A stretch of 64,000 nucleotides of DNA from Candidatus Bathyarchaeota archaeon (GCA_963715865.1 OY970280.1:128001-192000); one strand, 5' to 3'. Shown: positions 20,390 to 30,060, counted from the stretch's first letter. Translations and numbers: made by a program. Notes: generated by a model from the letters alone, not told the origin.

Positions 20390-21109
20390 ATGTCTCAAAA
20401 TATATTGGTCAAACCTACAATGGCTCAGCCACTATTTTCTTTGAACATGCCAGGTGTAGACGAGCTTTTTCCAGGATTTGCACTAGGCGACTTCGCCGTG
20501 CTTTATGGGTCGCCATCGGTTATTTCGTTAACTTCTTTACTCTGCATAAGAGCGCAGTTGCCAGTGCAGCTTGGCGGCTTAGGAAGCAACGTTGTCTTTA
20601 TTGACGGCGGAAACACGTTTAGACTCTACAAAATCGCCCGTTTAGCCCAACTTCACCAGCTTAACCCTGAGCAAGTGCTTGAACGCATCTTTATTTCAAG
20701 AGCATTCACAGCTCACCAGTTAACTTCTCTTATACTCGATAAACTAGAAGAAACCATAAAAAACTGCAATGCCAAACTCGTAGTGATTTCAGACATAGCA
20801 GGATTCTTTTTAGACAATGACATTCCCCGCGAAGAAGCACAAAGAATCTACAGCCAAATCATCAGTTACCTTTCAAGCTTCGCAAAAAAACACCAAATAA
20901 TCCTAATCGCAACTTACCTTCCCTACTCTGACAGCCGAAGAAACAGTTTACTTCAAGAAATAACCTGCTCAAAAGCAAACACCGTGCTATCTTTCAGCAA
21001 AACCACCTACACACGAGAAGTAACATTAGAGAAGCACCCATTTTTCGTTTTAGGCACAGCTGAACTTCCATCCGAAAACCTGACACTAACCGACTTCATG
21101 GGCGCTTGA
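20390..21109 (+). CDS. RadA/Rad51-like protein with degenerate Walker A (ImuA-like partner of PolB2)
   Basis: GVDELFPGF..GD, VVFIDGGNTF, LERIFISRAFTAHQL; P-loop reads YGSPSVIS with no GKT. Confidence 0.8.
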   Translation: MSQNILVKPTMAQPLFSLNMPGVDELFPGFALGDFAVLYGSPSVISLTSLLCIRAQLPVQLGGLGSNVVFIDGGNTFRLYKIARLAQLHQLNPEQVLERIFISRAFTAHQLTSLILDKLEETIKNCNAKLVVISDIAGFFLDNDIPREEAQRIYSQIISYLSSFAKKHQIILIATYLPYSDSRRNSLLQEITCSKANTVLSFSKTTYTREVTLEKHPFFVLGTAELPSENLTLTDFMGA

Positions 21110-21110
21110 C

Positions 21111-21392
21111 GTGGGAAAAACAGTTGAATCATACCGCATGGCAATTGAAGACGAAATACGCCGCTGGAACGGTTTCGCAAAAGCACTTCGCAAAGAAGAC
21201 AGAGAAGCCTTCGATGTTTTGATGGATGCATGCAGAAGCTACGCGTCAGCTGGAAGCAACGCCACTCAGCCATTACTTTTTGAACCAATGCTCATGTCAA
21301 TGCTGGTCTCGCAGCAAATCCGCTTGCAAAGGCTAGAGAAGGAATTAGATGACATCAAGCAAAAGCAGCACAGCGGCTCCCAACTGTGTTAA
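21111..21392 (+). CDS. Small helical protein typical of archaeal polB2 operons (arCOG07300-like)
   Basis: MGKTVESYR..RWNGFAKALRKEDREAFD; sits between the RadA-like gene and polB2. Confidence 0.7.
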   Translation: MGKTVESYRMAIEDEIRRWNGFAKALRKEDREAFDVLMDACRSYASAGSNATQPLLFEPMLMSMLVSQQIRLQRLEKELDDIKQKQHSGSQLC

Positions 21393-23649
21393 AGGATGGC
21401 TACTTGATGTTTACCCTTCTGACCTGGGCAAAGTTGCGGTTTGGGTGATAAGCGAAAAAGGCGAAAGAATAAAGTTCACTGACAGGTTTCAACCCTGCAT
21501 TTATGTCTCTGGCAAACAAGATGACCTTGAACGCTTAATCAGCCGATTATTTAGCAATCAAAAAATCGCTTCATTAAGGCTCGTGCAAAAATACGCTCAA
21601 GCCACCGATACTGAAAAGTCAAGGGTACTGGAAATAACAGTTAAAGACTGCAGGCAAATCCCGTCTTTAACGCTTGAAATTTTAAGAATCGGCGATTACT
21701 TGCGCTATGAAATACACAATTGCGACATGCAGAATGACCGTTCGTACCTTTTTAGCCATGATTTGTTTCCGCTTGCACTTGTGGAGTTAAAAGTTACTAA
21801 ATCAGGCTTAGATTACAGGCTTCTGGATTCGGTTGAAAGCACAGACTACGTTATTCCTGAATTGCGAGTAATACGGCTTGAAGTGGAAGTTGTTAAGAAA
21901 GGGATTATTGCTAATTTTGACGATATCATCGATAAAATATGTTTAAAGCAGGAGGGCAAAGAGGCGATTGCCATTGATTACGGTGACGAAGCCACAAAAC
22001 TGCTGCAGCTTATTTATGCAATAAACGAGTTAGACCCCGACATAATCTTAACAAGCGCCGGCGACTCGTACCTTCTTCCCTACTTAATCTATAGAGCAAC
22101 CGTAAACAATGTTTTAGACAAGTTCATCTTAAGCAGGGATAACAAGCCTTTTAACCGTAAAATTTCAGCGGGCAAAACTTACTTTTCTTATGGTCGCACA
22201 TTTTACAGAGCAAGCACCGTGCGGTTGTATGGACGAATACACATCGACGAAAACAACACTTTCATCATAAAAGAAGCAGGTTTTGAAGGCTTCATTGAGA
22301 TAGCGCGAACCTGCAGAGTACCTTTGCACACGGCGGCGCGATTCTCGATTGGCTCAAGCATGTCTTCCATGCAGCTTTACCAAGCCATAAAAGACGACAT
22401 CCTAGTGCCCAGAAACAAAAAAATTCCCGAATCCTTCAAATCAGCCCTTGACTTGCTCGTTGGCGACCGAGGAGGCTTAATTTTTGAACCACGCCTAGGA
22501 GTGCACGATTCGATAGGGGAATTAGACTTCTCTTCCATGTACCCGAGCCTAATGGCTAAAAACAACATTTCAGCTGAAACAGTGCTTTGCAAATGCTGCC
22601 CCAATTCGCCGCTGCGGATTCCAGAACTTAATTATCACATCTGTACAAAACGGCTGGGAATAGTGCCTAAAACTATCAATTTAGCCTTAACCAAACGACT
22701 GCATTATAAACGCCTAAGGGATGAAACAGGCGACAAAAACCTCAAGCAAGCGTACGATAAGCGCCAAACAGCGTTAAAATGGATTTTAGTCACATGCTTC
22801 GGCTACTTAGGCTTCAAAAACTCAAAATTCGGCACCGTTGACGGCCACATTGGCGTGTGCGCTTTTGGCAGGGAAGCTTTTCTTAAGGCAGCGCACATTG
22901 CTGAGGATCAAGGGTTTGAGGTTGTTCACGGTATTGTTGATTCGCTATGGCTCAAAAAGAAAGACGCAACCTTAGAAGAGTACAATGATTTATGTCGAGT
23001 AATCACTAAGGAAATAGGTGTGCCCATCAACTTTGAGGGACGCTACAAATGGGTAGCTTTTCTGCCTTCCAAACTGCATCCGCGAGTTAGTGTTTTAAAC
23101 CGTTATTTCGGAGTCATGGAGAACGGTAAGGTTAAGATTAGGGGCTTAGAAGTGCGGCGCAGGGATACTTCAGGGTTCATTTTTGATGCCCAAACCGAAA
23201 TGATCAACGTATTAGCCTCGGCGAATAATTCAGTGGAACTTCAGCGGAAAATTCCTGAGGCATTAGAAGTTTTGAAAGCTTACAGGCAACGGTTGCTTAA
23301 CGGCGAAGTTCCTGTGTCTGACTTGATAGTTACGAAGCATCTGTCTAAACAGCCGAAAAATTATAAGCAGCATGTTAGCCAAGTCATCGTAGCTCAACAA
23401 TTAATTAAGCATGGCGTGGAAGTCCATGCGGGCAACAACGTAAAATTCCTTTTCACTAACTCTGAACATAAGCGGTACGAGCACAGGGTAAAAGCTATGC
23501 AACTTATCGAGAAAGGCGTAAACCCCGACGCGAAAAAGTACCTGCTGTTACTTTATGCTTCAACCGCTAACCTGTTAAGCTTCTCAGGCTATACCACCAA
23601 AAAAGTGTACGACGCCGTCAAGGGGCAGCACCAAAAAACCCTGCTATAA
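21349..23649 (+). CDS. polB2: Family B DNA polymerase, PolB2 group
   Basis: Motif A DFSSMYPS, motif B KWILVTCFGY, altered motif C HGIVDS, RGLEVRRRD; exonuclease motifs degenerate. Confidence 0.88.
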   Translation: MTSSKSSTAAPNCVKGWLLDVYPSDLGKVAVWVISEKGERIKFTDRFQPCIYVSGKQDDLERLISRLFSNQKIASLRLVQKYAQATDTEKSRVLEITVKDCRQIPSLTLEILRIGDYLRYEIHNCDMQNDRSYLFSHDLFPLALVELKVTKSGLDYRLLDSVESTDYVIPELRVIRLEVEVVKKGIIANFDDIIDKICLKQEGKEAIAIDYGDEATKLLQLIYAINELDPDIILTSAGDSYLLPYLIYRATVNNVLDKFILSRDNKPFNRKISAGKTYFSYGRTFYRASTVRLYGRIHIDENNTFIIKEAGFEGFIEIARTCRVPLHTAARFSIGSSMSSMQLYQAIKDDILVPRNKKIPESFKSALDLLVGDRGGLIFEPRLGVHDSIGELDFSSMYPSLMAKNNISAETVLCKCCPNSPLRIPELNYHICTKRLGIVPKTINLALTKRLHYKRLRDETGDKNLKQAYDKRQTALKWILVTCFGYLGFKNSKFGTVDGHIGVCAFGREAFLKAAHIAEDQGFEVVHGIVDSLWLKKKDATLEEYNDLCRVITKEIGVPINFEGRYKWVAFLPSKLHPRVSVLNRYFGVMENGKVKIRGLEVRRRDTSGFIFDAQTEMINVLASANNSVELQRKIPEALEVLKAYRQRLLNGEVPVSDLIVTKHLSKQPKNYKQHVSQVIVAQQLIKHGVEVHAGNNVKFLFTNSEHKRYEHRVKAMQLIEKGVNPDAKKYLLLLYASTANLLSFSGYTTKKVYDAVKGQHQKTLL

Positions 23650-23696
23650 CTCAAAAACAGTTTTCTTACAGCAACCTCCTTAAGGCAAATCAACAA

Positions 23697-23942
23697 TTAT
23701 TTAGCTTTGCACCAAATTGACTTCATTTTTTCAGGAGAGCAACACTCAGGCTGTCCTGTTCTGCGAGGTTCAGACGTGATTACCTTACGAAACTCTTCTA
23801 GAAATTCCTCTCGTTTGCCTGGAATTATGAGGTAACCTTCAGATGTTTTCTTAAGAGTTGCAGTGTCTCCGATCTCTTTTCTTATTTCTGCGGGAATGTA
23901 AAGTCTGCCTTTTGAGTCTATTTTGAGGTTAATCTGCTCCAC
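23697..23942 (-). CDS. AbrB/MazE/SpoVT-family DNA-binding protein
   Basis: KIDSKGRLYIPAEIRKEIG signature; probable GTG start at 23942. Confidence 0.8.
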   Translation of the reverse strand: MEQINLKIDSKGRLYIPAEIRKEIGDTATLKKTSEGYLIIPGKREEFLEEFRKVITSEPRRTGQPECCSPEKMKSIWCKAK

Positions 23943-24093
23943 TTTCCCACTACTACTGAGTGGGACAAACACGAATTATTAAAACTTACTAAAAAACAAC
24001 CACACCAAAAAAGCGCCATCAAACGCTGCAACCAAACCACGGTTTAGCTAAGGTTTTTATGATGCAACAGAAATTATGTTCACTGCACCATTC

Positions 24094-24171
24094 GGGGCTG
24101 TCGGCTAGCTTGGTCTAGGCTTGTAGACTTGGGCTCTATAGACTCCGGTTCAAATCCGGGCAGCCCCACCA
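24094..24171 (+). tRNA. tRNA-Pro(UGG), intronless, CCA encoded
   Basis: Acceptor GGGGCTG/CAGCCCC, anticodon arm GTAGA-CTTGGGC-TCTAT, T arm TCCGG-TTCAAAT-CCGGG, ends ACCA. Confidence 0.95.
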
Positions 24172-24340
24172 ATTCGCATTGTTTTTGATTGTTTAAGTCC
24201 TTAGGAATTGCAGCGCGACAGCGATATGCCTACCCAAACGATGGCTTAGTTCAACCTAGAAAATTGTATCGTAAGGCGTTACGACGGAACAGCATCAAGA
24301 AACTTCATTAAGAAAAAGTAGATTCTTTCTTGGAACCGCG

Positions 24341-24721
24341 TCAGGGCTGCGTGTTGAACATGGGACTGGAGATTATCATGTCCGCAGTTGCTCTGTTATA
24401 GGCAGTTGGAATATTATACAATACTGCCATTCTGAGAACAGCTTTAACATCAACATCATGAGGCTGAGACTCCAAAGGATCCCAAAAGAATATCAGAATA
24501 TCCAGTTTCTTATTAGCAATCAAAGCTCCAAGCTCCATATCTCCACCATAAGGTCCGCTCTTTAGCAGATTTATCGGCAATCCGGTTTTCTCAATTATCT
24601 GCTCACCAGTGGTTCCTGTTGCGTACAGGTAATAATGAGATAAGGTTCCTTTGTTGAAATTGCACCACTCAACTATATCCTTTTTCTTGTTATCATGTGC
24701 TACTAGTGCAATAGTTTTCAT
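24341..24721 (-). CDS. mgsA: Methylglyoxal synthase
   Basis: ALVAHDNKK, ATGTTG, SGPYGGD and FWDPLESQPHDVD. Confidence 0.93.
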   Translation of the reverse strand: MKTIALVAHDNKKKDIVEWCNFNKGTLSHYYLYATGTTGEQIIEKTGLPINLLKSGPYGGDMELGALIANKKLDILIFFWDPLESQPHDVDVKAVLRMAVLYNIPTAYNRATADMIISSPMFNTQP

Positions 24722-25122
24722 ATTGTTCCATTCCGATTTGTATTAAGTCTAAATGGCTCATCAAATAAAAACATACAGCGGATTTTCATCTTATTTGTTG
24801 AAGCCCTGTTATATTTGTAAAGTGCAAAAAGAAGCCAAAGCAGTCTTTTAGTACTTTTAGCGCGTGCGCTCCTTAGGCTATCGTCTTTCGGAAGAAATAC
24901 CAGAACAGCATTATCGAAACGATATAGAATATTCCTGAAAGAAAGAAAGGCGCTGCAAGAAGCCCCAAAGCCATCAGGTAGGCGCCTACAAAGCTGCTTA
25001 GCGCGTTGGGCGAACTCCACACTGCTGAACAACACTAAACCTCCGACATCAAAACAACGGCTACAATAAGTTAACTTGGGCGCATTTTGACTTATTCTTT
25101 ACTGTTCACACGAGCAAACCAT
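24718..25122 (-). pseudogene. Hypothetical Cys-containing protein interrupted by an in-frame TAA
   Basis: MVCSCEQ*RISQNAPKLTYCSRC.. continues in frame into ORF 24718-25035; stop at 25099-25101. Confidence 0.35.
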
Positions 25123-25330
25123 TTCTAACCGACGCCCAGCCACGCTCCACAGGGCTTCTAAAAACTAGAAACTGCATGGAGAAACGCCTTTTCTTGGGTG
25201 ACTAGCCTATATAGTCAACAGTGCATTAATTTATGATTGTCGGGATTATTCAAGAAAGAGTAAAACCTGCGCCGAGAAGAACTTACTTTTTCAAGACAAT
25301 TTCTGGCAAACAACATTAGAAGGAGAAAAT

Positions 25331-26002
25331 TTGAACCAAAAAAAGCCAACTATAATGGAGTACCTCGCGTTTCTTTCCGTAAAACAAGGTATCTACCTTG
25401 CAGAACTTTACCAAGCCATGGTTGTAGCCAGAGAAAAAGGAAAAACCACATGTCAAAATCTAACAGTTGAATACCGTTGCAGCCTAAAAGACGAAGCCGT
25501 CTTTCTAATTACCAAAGACACCAGCGTAATAGCGCAGTTTCGAGTTGCCGAAGAACTTCTCCTGAGAAAAAACATCTGCTTCGAAAACTGGATGGACACC
25601 GACAAAATACGCAAACAAATGTACAGACAAAATACATCACCTAAACTGTCCACTCTGGTCCAAGACCTGCGACATGGAATGAAAAAAGTTAACCTAGAAG
25701 CTAAAGTTCTCGAGACTCCAACACCCTCAACAGTCCAAACACGGTACGGAAACAGCGCCAAAGTGACCAATGCTTGGATAGCGGACGAGACAGGAAAAAT
25801 TAAGCTTTGTCTCTGGAATGAACAGGCAGACTTTGTTACTGTGGGCGACACCGTACAGATTAAGAACGCTTCAGTTTCCACCTTTAAAGGTGAAAGACAA
25901 CTGCGTCTCGGAAAAACCGGAACAGTCAGCATACTGCAAAACCGGGTCGATGGAATGAAACAAGACCCAGAAGCTGTCGCGAAAAATAGAATCTACGCTT
26001 AA
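25331..26002 (+). CDS. Single-OB-fold ssDNA-binding protein with a ~110-aa N-terminal extension
   Basis: VNLEAKV, IADETGKIKLCLW and VGDTVQIKNA..FKGERQL match the SSB/RPA OB fold. Confidence 0.85.
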   Translation: MNQKKPTIMEYLAFLSVKQGIYLAELYQAMVVAREKGKTTCQNLTVEYRCSLKDEAVFLITKDTSVIAQFRVAEELLLRKNICFENWMDTDKIRKQMYRQNTSPKLSTLVQDLRHGMKKVNLEAKVLETPTPSTVQTRYGNSAKVTNAWIADETGKIKLCLWNEQADFVTVGDTVQIKNASVSTFKGERQLRLGKTGTVSILQNRVDGMKQDPEAVAKNRIYA

Positions 26003-26439
26003 GCTACCAATTTTGGACTATAAGCATTTCTAACCGCAAGCCGAACAGCAACCTTGGCTTTAAGGAAGCCGGTGACAACGTGGGAAGATGTGAAAGGTGG
26101 CGGTTATGAGGAAGCTCAAAATGCATACTTACACTATGTGCAGCTTTGCAGATAGCGGCTCACCCCCTGTTAGGGGCAAGTTTGAATTGTCGTCTTTGTT
26201 TTTTTCCGCGAGATCTTCGTGGCCCTGTTTCCGTTTCATTGAGCTTCGCAGTTACTTTTTTGTTCTCACCCGTGTATCGTCTCACTTGTTTTATTACGCG
26301 AGATGTTTGCGGCTTTGTTTTCTGCTCATTAATCTTCATACTTTTTTTCTCACCCATTTTTTCACCTCAGATTTGAGGGGTTTTTTCTTTTTCCAAAAAA
26401 ATTATTTACTGAATAATGCACTATTTTAGACTGCACCCG

Positions 26440-26748
26440 TTAAGGCTTTAGTTCTCTGTCTTCACTGTAGTCTCTGTCCTCGTGGACTTCCTCTTCAGCT
26501 TCGTCTTCGTTTTCTTCTTCAGCCTCGCTTGTTTCTTCGTCTTCAGCATTTGCTTTATCTTCAGCTTCACCTTTTGGGGGAAAAGCATCATTTAACCAGG
26601 CTTCAAACTGTTTTTGGGTTTCAGGATTGGAAAATGCCCACGCGCACAATTCAGAGATGACGCTATTCAGGTCAACTTGGTGATCGTCTGCTAACCGTTT
26701 CAGGAACTGTTCCCACTTTACAGGAATAGATATCACCGATTTACTCAT
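26440..26748 (-). CDS. Hypothetical protein, RHH-like N-terminus and very acidic C-terminal tail
   Basis: SVISIPVKWEQFLKRLA..DLNSVISEL then EDEETSEAEEENEDEAEEE; GGTGGTGA RBS. Confidence 0.65.
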   Translation of the reverse strand: MSKSVISIPVKWEQFLKRLADDHQVDLNSVISELCAWAFSNPETQKQFEAWLNDAFPPKGEAEDKANAEDEETSEAEEENEDEAEEEVHEDRDYSEDRELKP

Positions 26749-26792
26749 TTTTCACCACCATTTTCGTCATAAGTTGAACAATTATTTAGGTT

Positions 26793-26906
26793 TCAAGTAT
26801 ACTGAGAAAAGGTTATTTCAGCAACTTCAGCATCAGTTTCTTCATCTTCATTATTCATCGGACAGTTCTCAGGTGAATGCCTATAAACTACCAAAAAAGT
26901 GGGCAT
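26793..26906 (-). pseudogene. Truncated small protein remnant (MPTFLVVYRHSPENCPM..)
   Basis: N-terminus resembles small archaeal ferredoxin-like-fold proteins but ends after 37 aa. Confidence 0.3.
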
Positions 26907-27190
26907 AGAAACACTCTCAAAAAGAAATATGCTGAATGAGAAATATAAACCATTAGAAAACAGCTCCCATTCTGTTTTTAGCAAAAAAAAGTTTATGTAA
27001 CGAAGAGTAACAGGGAAGTTCTTAGTTTTCAAAAATAGCAAAATAGCGCGAGTTGTTTTGAGCGCGCACAACGGTGGTTTAGGAAAGATCAAAGTAAGCA
27101 AAGAAACAATGGACAGGCACAAAACCCATCAATAACTCTTCTGCCTCAAGCATAATATGGGAACACGAAAAAAAGGGCAAAAAACAAATT

Positions 27191-27343
27191 CTATCTTTGT
27201 TGTTTCTGTAATGATAATCTTTTTGCAGTTTCTTTGGAAATCTTTTCAAGACCGTTAGCCAGCTCTACACTGGTAACCTCGTCTAACGGGTAAAACTTGC
27301 CATCTTTATCGATGAATGCAAGCTCCAACTTTCTGTCAGTCAC
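27191..27343 (-). CDS. 50-aa hypothetical protein (MTDRKLELAFIDKDGKFYPLD..)
   Basis: Read manually; GTG start preceded by a perfect GGAGGTGA RBS. Confidence 0.6.
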   Translation of the reverse strand: MTDRKLELAFIDKDGKFYPLDEVTSVELANGLEKISKETAKRLSLQKQQR

Positions 27344-27586
27344 TGTCTCACCTCCATCATAAATCTAACTATTTACTATGGTTTTCGTGAATATACTATT
27401 TTCATTTATTATGACAGGATACCGAAACTCATTTTCAACGCCACATTCTGAGCCGGGGGGACCTCAACATTAGCCCCTCACGCGACATCATCCTGCAAAG
27501 TGTCGAGAGCTAGCTGGCTTTCCCCTAACGCCTTTCTACGAAAGGACACCAAAATGGAGTTATTAGGAAAGTAAAGGATGGTGGAT

Positions 27587-27730
27587 TCATTCTTTTTTGG
27601 CAATCCATGTTTTTATTGCTTCTTCAACTGCGCGGGATAGGTCGCCTTTTTTCCCGCCAAATCTTTCGACGGTTTTCAATCTAAGTTGCTTTTCTAGCTC
27701 GTCTGGGAGATCTACGCTGATTCGACCCAT
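27587..27730 (-). CDS. 47-aa ribbon-helix-helix (CopG-like) protein
   Basis: MGRISVDLPDELEKQLR..FGGKKGDLSRAVEEAIKTWI, read manually. Confidence 0.8.
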   Translation of the reverse strand: MGRISVDLPDELEKQLRLKTVERFGGKKGDLSRAVEEAIKTWIAKKE

Positions 27731-28026
27731 ATTCAATCGCCAACTTTAGTTTTTTAGAGTTTTATGCACGATTCGCACGTGTCAAGCATCTTTCCAATAA
27801 GCGAACTGCCAAGCACTCAATTTTATTCTTGTTTTTGTTGTCATTTTTCATTTACTCCGATTCGCTTATCAACATAAAGTATTATGTGGGTACGCACTTA
27901 TAAACATACGCTAATAAACGCGTATAAATTAATGCGCGCCATAAGAGAATAAGAAGGAACCTGCGGAAGACTTAAGCCCTTAAGTCCACATTGTTACCAT
28001 ACAAAACAAAGCAAGGTGTTTTGAGC

Positions 28027-28278
28027 ATGAGTTATTCAAGAAGACAAGCTGGTAGTTATGCAGGGAGACGTGGTCATGGCAAGGGCTTTAAGCGCTGCCC
28101 CGTCGAGTTGGGAGAAGAATTAGAAGTAAATATCACTGACTTAAGTCCAAAAGGGGAAGGAATGACCAAGATTCAGGGCTATGTAATTCACGTCCCCGAT
28201 GCCAAGCCTGGAAACCGCGTGAAAATAAAGATAACCCAAATAGGGGAAAAGGCAGCAAACGCCGAAATAATCAAATAG
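28027..28278 (+). CDS. Single TRAM-domain protein (archaeal RNA chaperone type)
   Basis: PVELGEELEVNI..GEG..IQGYVIHVPDAKPG.RVKIKI; R/G-rich N-terminus. Confidence 0.88.
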   Translation: MSYSRRQAGSYAGRRGHGKGFKRCPVELGEELEVNITDLSPKGEGMTKIQGYVIHVPDAKPGNRVKIKITQIGEKAANAEIIK

Positions 28279-28441
28279 AACCGTTTCTTGGACGCCACTG
28301 CTATATTCTTCCAAAAGACAAAGCTTCAGTTTCAGTTCGGTTCATGACCCCGTTTAGGTTCGGGGACGGGCAGCCAACCATCTTCGTTTTGTTATGTTGG
28401 TGCTGTTTATGCCTACAAAAAATTAAGCGTTATTGACAGTA

Positions 28442-28687
28442 TTAGAGACTGGTTTTTGGCTGTTTAATCCATACTTTGACTCTGCTTTGCACTCTTATTC
28501 TTGCCTCTGTCTGCATCAGCCTGATTTGAGCTTGGATAAATCTGTCATCTTTGCAGTCGAACTCTTTTCTTATGGCATCCTCCAGCTTTGGCAATGAAAT
28601 ATGTTCAACAGAGCCAACTTGGTTCCAAAAGTGGCTTTGTATTTTTTCTCTTTTCTTAAGCGCTTCAATTTCTGAATGTGTGCTCAT
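28442..28687 (-). CDS. Hypothetical 81-aa protein, possibly winged-helix-like
   Basis: ATG ORF with helical amphipathic pattern. Confidence 0.5.
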   Translation of the reverse strand: MSTHSEIEALKKREKIQSHFWNQVGSVEHISLPKLEDAIRKEFDCKDDRFIQAQIRLMQTEARIRVQSRVKVWIKQPKTSL

Positions 28688-28748
28688 TGCAACCGTTGAA
28701 AACGCTTTAGAAACCGAACGATATCAACCTTATGGGCAGCAAGCCTTT

Positions 28749-28862
28749 TTACCTTGCGCAAAATGGCCATTCATTCTTCGCTTTATGATGCTTCACGCAT
28801 TCTTCACAGTTGCTGTGGCGTGGGCAGTCTTTTTTGGGGCAAGGACAATTAGGAGCAGACAC
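28749..28862 (-). CDS. Small Cys/His-rich protein (CPC..CPRHSNCEECVKHH..FC)
   Basis: 37 aa from GTG 28862; metal-binding pattern of DUF6485-like small proteins. Confidence 0.6.
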   Translation of the reverse strand: MSAPNCPCPKKDCPRHSNCEECVKHHKAKNEWPFCAR

Positions 28863-29058
28863 AACGCAGAGTAATCCCAGCCATTCCATATAATTGTTGT
28901 TAACGTGAAAAGAAGAACAAAAGCCAGTTTTTGCTGAACACTCAAACATCGCATAGATATAGTCCTGGTATTGTTTGAATCCTCACCGATTGATAAATAT
29001 GAAAGCCCTGGACTCTTTGGACCCCGGACCAGAAAAATGAATTACCTCAAAACCGTTA

Positions 29059-29136
29059 AAGCGTCTTTATGTTTGCTTAGACAGATTGATTAAGGGCTTT
29101 GGAGAATTAGAAAACAAGCTTCAAAGAAAGTTGCAG
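29059..29136 (+). repeat. 78-bp direct repeat, copy 1 (copy 2 at 33465-33541)
   Basis: Copies differ by one substitution and one single-base indel. Confidence 0.95.
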
Positions 29137-29183
29137 GCTACCATGTAATTTCGCCAGCTGCCTTCAGAGCAAACAGTCTTACG

Positions 29184-29521
29184 ATATATATAGACAAATA
29201 ACTATAAATATATTATAAATACTATATTCTGTTGGGTTGATCAGTATTGTCAAAAAAGCTAACGAAAGCTGAAAGTATTGAACACCACAAGAAGGCACAG
29301 CGAGAAAAAGATCTCAAAAAGAAACAGAAAAAGGAAGCAGCGCTTCCAGCAAAATATTCAAAAAACAAAAAGTAAACCCAAAATTTTTTTAAACGCCTAG
29401 AAAAGCGCGATAGGAGGGAAAACGATAAAGGCTGGCTTGTTAGCCCCCCATGTATCTTTCTTTTTCTTGGGTACTAACTGTTAGCTATCAGCTTTTCACC
29501 GACACTGCTGTTAAGGCAATT
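29184..29521 (+). repeat. Module homologous to 60131-60468 in inverted orientation
   Basis: Shared AT-rich promoter, K-rich ORF and start of a membrane-protein gene. Confidence 0.9.
29247..29375 (+). CDS. 42-aa lysine-rich microprotein MSKKLTKAESIEHHKKAQREKDLKKKQKKEAALPAKYSKNKK
   Basis: TTG start behind a TATA box; paralog at 60284-60403 keeps the frame with synonymous changes. Confidence 0.7.
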   Translation: MSKKLTKAESIEHHKKAQREKDLKKKQKKEAALPAKYSKNKK

Positions 29522-29888
29522 GCAACTTATGTCGACTTGTCGTGGCCAACTGCGGGGCGCATGGCTGAATTCAAATGTTGAAACTATAGTTTTTATCTAC
29601 GCTTTCACCTGGATTTTTGTCCTATCATCAGTCATACCCTCGGTAATTCTGGGAAAAGAAAGAAGCATATTCATTCAATACGCTGTTGTCTTAACATTAA
29701 CCCTGATAGCCTTTTTCATGGCTGGCATTCTTCAAGCAGTCGCAGGAATCCATGTTAAACAGATATTTGAAGCAGCAACCTTCCTCAAAAACCCCATTTT
29801 AGTAGGAGTCTATTTGGCAATACCCTACCTCTTTATGATTGGCCTTGATATTCGTTCCAGAAAAATACGCACAAGAAAGAAAAAATGA
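29420..29888 (+). CDS. Multi-TM membrane protein (two apparent +1 frameshifts in the 5' part)
   Basis: Removing an extra C at ~29450 and ~29560 gives KAGLLAPMYLSFSWVLTVSYQLFTDTAVKAIATYVDLSWPTAGAWLNSNVETIVFIY.., joining ORF 29520-29888. Confidence 0.6.
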
Positions 29889-30060
29889 GGTTGAGGCATC
29901 TCAAACCTAAACAATAGCTTAGTTTTCAAGGGCGTTTCGAAGAATGAAAATTTTTTGCACTAAGAAAAGCGACAATAATCACAAAAGTCAAATAGTACGT
30001 TTCTGAGGCAGCGTAATATAGAAAAAATGTGAGTGCGTAAAAACCGCTAAAGGGCTGCTG

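Noticed and set aside
24061-24075. ATGCAACAGAAA resembles an RNase P RNA conserved segment
   Set aside because: The other RNase P conserved regions are absent, and the site is in the tRNA promoter region
24718-25035. Possible transposase remnant
   Set aside because: No DDE or other transposase motif and no terminal inverted repeats seen
26097-26429. F/L-rich ORFs and their K-rich antisense ORF
   Set aside because: They arise from T-rich low-complexity intergenic sequence, with no RBS or motif support
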